Of a stretch of 64,000 nt of DNA, positions 58,724 through 64,000 are shown piece by piece. The position numbers and the translations under genes were made by a program. This stretch comes from Victivallales bacterium (lineage in GTDB: Bacteria > Verrucomicrobiota > Lentisphaeria > Victivallales > GWF2-38-69), in assembly GCA_036011305.1 (NCBI GenBank), contig DASCNA010000168.1:617-64616 (forward strand), written 5' to 3'. How positions within the stretch are numbered: position 1 is the first letter of the stretch; each line of letters opens with the position of its first letter. The notes beneath the pieces were generated by a model. The model made no database searches. It worked only from the letters and a program-made list of their open reading frames with translations, and was not told the origin of the DNA.

Positions 58724-59704
58724 ATGATTAACGGATTTGTAGATTTACAGATAAACGGCTACATGGGAGTAGACTTTTCAAGTAATAAACTTGATAGGGA
58801 ATCATGCATAACTGCATTTCAAGGCATAATCGATAGCGGTACTTTGCTGTTTCTACCTACAATTATTACCAGTAATCTAAATATTTATGATAAAAATATT
58901 CAGATTATATCAGATTTAATTTCAACTGAACCATTTAAAAAACATATTCCTGGCATTCATTTAGAAGGTCCTTTTTTTAGTAGATGTGATGCTCTTGGCG
59001 CTCATAATCCCGATTTCACACACACCGTTTCTATTAAAGTACTAGATAAATTTGTAGATTTATCTAATGGAAAAATCAAACTGCTTACATTGGGTGCAGA
59101 CGTTGAAGGTGTAGATGATTTAATAAAATATGCAGTCAATTTAGGGATTAAAGTTTCACTTGGCCATCATGTAGCTTTGGCAGATCAAGTAACACAGGCT
59201 GCTGATGCAGGAGCAACAGCGTTTACTCATTTAGGTAATGGTCTTCCTGCATTAATAAACAGACATGATAATCCACTTTTGGGCGGTTTAGCCGAAGATA
59301 GATTAAAAGCAATGATTATTACTGATGGCCATCATCTGCCTATCCATCTTATTAAATTAATAATTAAAGTTAAAGGATTAAATAATATTATTATTGTCAG
59401 TGATGCTGCTCCATTGGCAGGCATGCCTCCCGGAAAATATGAAACTTTAGGGAATAAAGTAATCCTGACAGATAAAGGTAGATTATACAGTCCTGATAAA
59501 GGCTGTCTGATAGGATCTTCTGCTATGATGATAGACTGTATTAATTATTTATATGCTAATAAAATATTGTCATATGAAGAATTAATACAGGTAGGATATA
59601 GTAATCCTTTAGATTATATAGACTATAAAATAGAAGAATTGCCAAGTGAAAAATTAATATCCTTTGATAAAGAAAATGGATTTAAAAAAATGGGATGTCA
59701 ATAG
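58724..59704 (+). CDS. NagA-like amidohydrolase (N-acetylglucosamine-6-phosphate deacetylase family) lacking the usual N-terminal ~55 aa
   Basis: It starts at MINGFVDLQINGYMGVDF, which corresponds to about residue 55 of E. coli NagA. HLEGPF, SLGHH, THLGNG and VSDA active-site-type motifs are retained. Confidence 0.7.
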   Translation: MINGFVDLQINGYMGVDFSSNKLDRESCITAFQGIIDSGTLLFLPTIITSNLNIYDKNIQIISDLISTEPFKKHIPGIHLEGPFFSRCDALGAHNPDFTHTVSIKVLDKFVDLSNGKIKLLTLGADVEGVDDLIKYAVNLGIKVSLGHHVALADQVTQAADAGATAFTHLGNGLPALINRHDNPLLGGLAEDRLKAMIITDGHHLPIHLIKLIIKVKGLNNIIIVSDAAPLAGMPPGKYETLGNKVILTDKGRLYSPDKGCLIGSSAMMIDCINYLYANKILSYEELIQVGYSNPLDYIDYKIEELPSEKLISFDKENGFKKMGCQ

Positions 59705-59842
59705 CTCTTCTTTATTATAGATTATAATTTGTTTGTATAAAATCTGTTATGCTGTGGTCAATTAAGGCTCATTGCAATAAATATTGAATCTAATTATAAT
59801 TAATCTAGCAGAAGGATTAATTTATAAGAGGCAATATAAACG

Positions 59843-60778
59843 ATGAGATATTCAAAAATTGTCAAAACCTATATTTCAATTATTTCAACGATAGGTATTC
59901 TGAATTTTATTTCATTGTATTTCTTTTCCTTTTTGATTGGTAAATCATTTACATTTCATAAATTCGCTTTTACTGGGCATAGTTTAAGTTTTTATATCAT
60001 CAATAATATTCAGTTTGCTAATGTTATTTTTATATTTTTGAGTTTCATTGTTCTTCTCTATTTCATATTTAGGGGAATTATAAATGGTAAAAAGAATTAT
60101 CTGCCGAATAAGCATTTTTATGTAGCTTTAATTTTGATTATAATATTCGCATATCTTTATTATCCATTTACCCCTTTAAAATTGAATAATATTGTCTGGT
60201 ATGTAATTCGCTTTATTGGTATACTCTCTATTTTTTATATATTAAGAATTTGTGAAATCGGCAAGTATATTGATTATAAGAAGTATAATGAGTTAAAAAT
60301 TAATGATGATGATAATAAAAACTATATTTTCTCTGATATTGAAAAAACTTTTCTTTTTACTTTGATTTCCATATGCATTCTATGCGTTTTTATGCTGAGC
60401 TCACAAATATTTTTAGCCGCAGGAGGTTTCCCTAATCCGGATGAAACTGTTAATTTTATTTTAGAATATAATATGTCTGGCCCAGGGTATTATATTGAAT
60501 TTATAATTGTAATTATTTTTATAGCCATGTTATATTTTTTATTTAAAGGACTTATTGTAAGCGTATTTAAAAAATTATATACTTACTTGTATTTTTATAT
60601 TTTCCTCATTGTGGCTGATGCAGCTTTTATAATTATATTTTGGCCGGAATTTAATCCTAAATTGACATCTTTGGCCTGGCATTCTATACACTTGATTGCT
60701 GTAGTATATTTATTGGCAATTATTTACTTCAGCAACACTGCTGTAAATAATGCGGATGTAAAACAGTCAGCTACGTGA
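59843..60778 (+). CDS. Polytopic membrane protein, two copies of an uncharacterised 4-TM module
   Basis: 311 aa. Both modules carry (K/R)G-I/L-x(4,5)-KK after TM2, aromatic-Pro at the end of TM3, and Trp plus a polar residue in TM4. Confidence 0.65.
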   Translation: MRYSKIVKTYISIISTIGILNFISLYFFSFLIGKSFTFHKFAFTGHSLSFYIINNIQFANVIFIFLSFIVLLYFIFRGIINGKKNYLPNKHFYVALILIIIFAYLYYPFTPLKLNNIVWYVIRFIGILSIFYILRICEIGKYIDYKKYNELKINDDDNKNYIFSDIEKTFLFTLISICILCVFMLSSQIFLAAGGFPNPDETVNFILEYNMSGPGYYIEFIIVIIFIAMLYFLFKGLIVSVFKKLYTYLYFYIFLIVADAAFIIIFWPEFNPKLTSLAWHSIHLIAVVYLLAIIYFSNTAVNNADVKQSAT

Positions 60779-60827
60779 TATAATTTAATAATAAATGAAA
60801 ATGAATTAATCAGATTAGATTTAGCAA

Positions 60828-62177
60828 ATGAGATATTCAAAAATCGTTAAAACCTATATTTTGATTATTTCTATTATCTGCATAGTTAATTTTCTTTCAC
60901 TATACATTTTTTCATTTATTACAGGTGAAGCTTATATATTCCATAAGTATAATTCTTGGAATGTTAGCATCCGAACGTATATTATCAATAATATACAGTT
61001 TGCTAATCTGGTCTTCATATTTTTATCTTTTATTATTCTTCTTCTCTGTATATCAAAGGGGATTGTTAATGGAAAAAAAGAGTCTTTATCAAATAAATAC
61101 TTTTATATAGCTTTTGTTATAGCTGTTATATACATTTTCCTTTATTGTCCATTTGTTAATTGGGGATTAGGCAACATTGCTAGTTATGTAATTCGTTTTT
61201 GTGGAATTATTTTTATAATCTACATTTTAGTTATTTCTGAAGTAGGAAAATATATAAATTATAATAGATATGAAGAACTTAATATCAATAAAACTGATAG
61301 TAAGAAATGTATTTTCAATGATATAGAAAAAATAATCCTTATCAGCGTAAATTCTATATGTATATTCTGTCTTTTTTTACTGAGTTCTCAAATGTTATTG
61401 GTATACGTGGGTTTTCATTATTCAGATAATGTTTCTGATTTTGTTCAAAAACTTAATACTTTAGGACCAGGATATTATTTAGAAATTGTAATTGTATCCA
61501 TTTTTCTTGTAATATTATATTTTTTAACAAAAGGTCTTTTTTTAAGCAGTTTGAAAAAGATATACAGTTATTTATATTTATATATTTTATTTATAGCAGC
61601 TGATGCCGCATTTATAATTTTATTCTGGCCGAAGTATAATCCTGAATTAACAACTTTTACGTGGCATGTTGTACATTTAATCGGAATAACATACTTAGTG
61701 ATAATTATATTTTTCACCAATAAGGTTGATAAATATGTTGATATTAAAATTGAAAAAGAGAATGAGTATTTACAAATAACAGAAAAAGAGGAAAAAAGTT
61801 TTTATATTTTTTCAATTATCTGTATTTTTATACTTTTGTTTTCATTGATTGCTCAGTTTATTCAAATGCTTGGAATAGTAACTTATAATTATTTTGACTA
61901 CCCACACCCTTTTGCATTCTTATGGCTTATAGGTTATATCCCGATAATTGCTATATTTTGTTTTTCTATTAAATTTATGAAGATATGTAAATCTGATAGA
62001 TTCAAGTCCAAAATCAGAATGTGTTTTTATTTTTTTATCTTATTTTTATTTATCTTTTTCCCTTACCCCTATATTTATGTTTCTTCGCTTACATGGATTA
62101 TGTTTGATGTAATTGGAATATTTATATACTTATATTTTTATATCATATGTATAAAAAATACAGTTATACCTCAGTAA
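60828..62177 (+). CDS. Polytopic membrane protein, tandem paralogue with three copies of the 4-TM module
   Basis: 449 aa. The N-terminus MRYSKIVKTYI is identical to the upstream paralogue. An additional C-terminal module has FFPYPY...LTWIMFDV. Confidence 0.65.
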   Translation: MRYSKIVKTYILIISIICIVNFLSLYIFSFITGEAYIFHKYNSWNVSIRTYIINNIQFANLVFIFLSFIILLLCISKGIVNGKKESLSNKYFYIAFVIAVIYIFLYCPFVNWGLGNIASYVIRFCGIIFIIYILVISEVGKYINYNRYEELNINKTDSKKCIFNDIEKIILISVNSICIFCLFLLSSQMLLVYVGFHYSDNVSDFVQKLNTLGPGYYLEIVIVSIFLVILYFLTKGLFLSSLKKIYSYLYLYILFIAADAAFIILFWPKYNPELTTFTWHVVHLIGITYLVIIIFFTNKVDKYVDIKIEKENEYLQITEKEEKSFYIFSIICIFILLFSLIAQFIQMLGIVTYNYFDYPHPFAFLWLIGYIPIIAIFCFSIKFMKICKSDRFKSKIRMCFYFFILFLFIFFPYPYIYVSSLTWIMFDVIGIFIYLYFYIICIKNTVIPQ

Positions 62178-62237
62178 TTATCAAGTTTTGTTCATTTTAT
62201 GTTATAATATAAAATAATCTTATAAACTACATCTTAG

Positions 62238-63032
62238 GTGTTATTGATGATTGGTGTAATTTCATTATTGTTAATTATTTCTCTTACACTGTTTGTGACA
62301 AGAATTGCTACTTTAGTTTTGATGATGACCGGTGTATCGCGTCCAATTGCAGAATTTCAATCACGTTCTGCTTATTCAGGTGCAGGGTTTACTACGCAGG
62401 AAGCTGAAGCTATTGTAAATCATCCAGTGAGAAGAAAAATCATATATTCATTGATGTTTATTGGTAATATAGGTATTGCGACTGTAGTAGCAACCATTAT
62501 TTTATCAGTTTTGAATTCTTATAATTCACAGCAATGGTGGGTGCATGTTCTAATACTGACTGGAGGTGTAATTTTTCTCAGTATATTGACTTATAGCAAG
62601 AGGTTTGATAATTGGATAAATGAAATTATTTATAAATCTTTAAAGCGTTATAGTAAACTCGATATAAAAGATTATTTATCCATCCTTCATCTTCACAGCG
62701 GGTATTCCATATCAGAACTAAGTATTGTTTCTAAAGATTGGTTGGCAGGGAAAACACTTAAGGAATCTGAAATATCTAAAGAGGGAGTACTTGTACTTGG
62801 AATTAAACGTAAAAATGGAGACTATGTAGGAACGCCCCAAAGTGATACAAAAATCATTGACGGTGATACTTTAATTGTGTATGCTCATACGGACAAACTG
62901 GAAGAGCTTTCTGGTAGACATTTTGGCAAAAAGGGTGAAAAAGCTCATACTGAGGCAATAAATAAGCAGGCTGGGTATTTAAAGAAGCAGGCAGAAAATG
63001 ATGAGGTATCTTCTTCAGAGGAGAAAGAATAA
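62238..63032 (+). CDS. Small membrane protein with a TrkH/KtrB-like pore-loop segment fused to an RCK_C (TrkA-C) domain
   Basis: SAYSGAGFTT...KIIYSLMFIGNIGIATVV follows TM1. The RCK_C region is GKTLKESEISKEGVLVLGIKRKNGDYVGTPQSDTKIIDGDTLIVYA. Confidence 0.65.
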   Translation: MLLMIGVISLLLIISLTLFVTRIATLVLMMTGVSRPIAEFQSRSAYSGAGFTTQEAEAIVNHPVRRKIIYSLMFIGNIGIATVVATIILSVLNSYNSQQWWVHVLILTGGVIFLSILTYSKRFDNWINEIIYKSLKRYSKLDIKDYLSILHLHSGYSISELSIVSKDWLAGKTLKESEISKEGVLVLGIKRKNGDYVGTPQSDTKIIDGDTLIVYAHTDKLEELSGRHFGKKGEKAHTEAINKQAGYLKKQAENDEVSSSEEKE

Positions 63033-63113
63033 AAAAAAATTAAATTTTATTAGAAATTAAATTGATATTAACAAAAATAATAGTAATTTAGTATTTCTTT
63101 CAAAAAGAGAGAC

Positions 63114-63189
63114 GCCAGCTTAGCTCAGTTGGTAGAGCAATTGACTTGTAATCAGTAGGTCGTCGGTTCGACTCCGACAGCTGGCTCCA
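63114..63189 (+). tRNA. tRNA-Thr(UGU): tRNA-Thr, anticodon UGU, CCA encoded
   Basis: Cloverleaf folded by hand: GCCAGCT/TA/GCTC-AGTTGGTA-GAGC/A/ATTGA-CTTGTAA-TCAGT/AGGTC/GTCGG-TTCGACT-CCGAC/AGCTGGC/T/CCA. Confidence 0.9.
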
Positions 63190-63220
63190 GTTTTTTAGCG
63201 TCTCTTTACCTCAAATTTCC

Positions 63221-63240
63221 ATGTTTATCCATTAATTAGT
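63221..63240 (-). repeat. Intergenic TTAATGGNTAA motif copy
   Basis: Plus-strand TTATCCATTAA at 63225-63235 is the reverse complement of TTAATGGATAA. It lies 36 nt after the tRNA. Confidence 0.55.
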
Positions 63241-63250
63241 AGAATTTGGA

Positions 63251-63283
63251 TTATACCCAAATTATACCCAAATTATGCCCAAA
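63251..63283 (+). repeat. Three tandem 11-bp repeats
   Basis: TTATACCCAAA, TTATACCCAAA, TTATGCCCAAA. Confidence 0.8.
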
Positions 63284-63319
63284 ATATTTAAACTAAAAAA
63301 ATCATAAGAAATAACTGGA

Positions 63320-63628
63320 TTACTTCAGTATAAAATCTCTTATTATAGTAGAGGTTTCATCAGGCTTATCCCTATACACAGGGTCACCAGCTCCTTTGAG
63401 AAGATTAAAGCTGGCTGAGTTTATTCTTTCTGAAACTGTTTTTGCAGCTTGCCACGGATGTTCGGGATCTTTGTCTCCGGCTAGAATTAATGTAGGTGCT
63501 TTTAGCAAACAATTAAAATCCCAGTTGTAACCTCCATGAGTGAAATACCAACCTTGACCTTCTTTTGTTAGTGAGAAAACAATTGTATAATCACTAATAC
63601 CAATAGAATCTAACTTTTCCTTGGTCAT
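63320..63628 (-). pseudogene. C-terminal fragment of an alpha/beta-hydrolase gene
   Basis: The 102-aa ORF has a PTLILAGDKDP block typical of the C-terminal third of alpha/beta hydrolases. No nucleophile-elbow region is present and no matching upstream coding sequence appears in any frame. Confidence 0.5.
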
Positions 63629-63824
63629 TGATTGAGAACTTTATTAGATTTACTTTTTAATGAGTTTTATACTTCAATTGATTTGTTGAGTGAATATTTG
63701 TGATGTCGATTTTTTCAGTTTTTTTCTTTGAAAAGTTGACCAGTTACGATATTTTATGGGTTCTTAACAATCGATTAATTCCAACAAAGCCTATAAAGGC
63801 CTATGAAAAATATAAGGTGAAAAG

Positions 63825-64000
63825 ATGGAAGATGAAAATGTACATGTTATTGTAGCCGGGAAACATTTTACGCCTATTGTCAAGTACCTCCGTCCTTATA
63901 TGAAAAACCTTACTGTCGAGATGGTCGACACAGATAAGCTCGCAACTCGTGTTGAAGATGCACATGTTATTATTCCTGCCATGTCAAAAATAGGAGAAAC
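63825..64000 (+). CDS. 5' end of a probable D-isomer-specific 2-hydroxyacid dehydrogenase-family gene (runs off the window)
   Basis: ATG 63825 follows AAGGTGA. The frame is open to the window end (MEDENVHVIVAGKHF...DAHVIIPAMSKIGE). The family call is weak. Confidence 0.35.
   Translation, partial: MEDENVHVIVAGKHFTPIVKYLRPYMKNLTVEMVDTDKLATRVEDAHVIIPAMSKIGE

Noticed and set aside
63251-63283. A CRISPR array or other spacer-repeat structure anywhere in the window.
   Set aside because: The only tandem short repeats are three contiguous 11-mers with no spacers. No 24-40-bp repeats are regularly interspaced anywhere that I could see.
63114-64000. An integrated prophage, ICE or genomic island at tRNA-Thr.
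   Set aside because: No integrase, phage or conjugation gene is present, and no repeat of the tRNA 3' end appears within the remaining 0.8 kb. Only a scar-like arrangement is visible, and I report it at low interest.

Overview
This is a 64-kb chromosomal segment from a low-GC bacterium (about one-third G+C by eye) that uses the standard genetic code. TAA is the dominant stop, with some TAG, and TGA ends at least 6 well-supported genes. The gene content suggests a saccharolytic, possibly spirochaete-like organism, but the taxon cannot be fixed from this sequence alone.

Most of the window encodes carbohydrate uptake and catabolism:
- a CUT2 ribose-type ABC system and a CUT1 ABC system with three tandem binding-protein genes;
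- several MFS/GPH carriers;
- GH1, GH2, GH4 and GH38-like hydrolases;
- NagB and a NagA-like enzyme, PfkB and LacI.

These loci are interspersed with envelope and signalling genes: a HAMP-PP2C phosphatase, an XRE-5xPAS protein, a NodT/TolC lipoprotein, a CPA2-EIIA antiporter and a small RCK_C channel-like protein. One tRNA-Thr(UGU) is present. I found no rRNA, CRISPR array, recognisable transposase or integrase, or known defence system.

The unusual signals are structural:
1. A ~4-kb three-gene insert is bracketed by a 10-bp direct repeat, and a decayed 'empty-site' copy of the same junction lies right next to it.
2. Two further loci show the same 'gene - cargo - decayed echo of that gene' layout.
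3. An uncharacterised 4-TM module occurs as 1, 2 and 3 copies in three different proteins.
4. Four genes are broken by a single lesion each. Two are in-frame TGAs that both fall on a conserved Gly column of tandem paralogues.
5. A TTAATGGNTAA motif recurs only in intergenic DNA.
6. There are several unusual domain fusions or minimal architectures, and two large orphan proteins.

All functional calls rest on motif recognition from memory and no database search was run.
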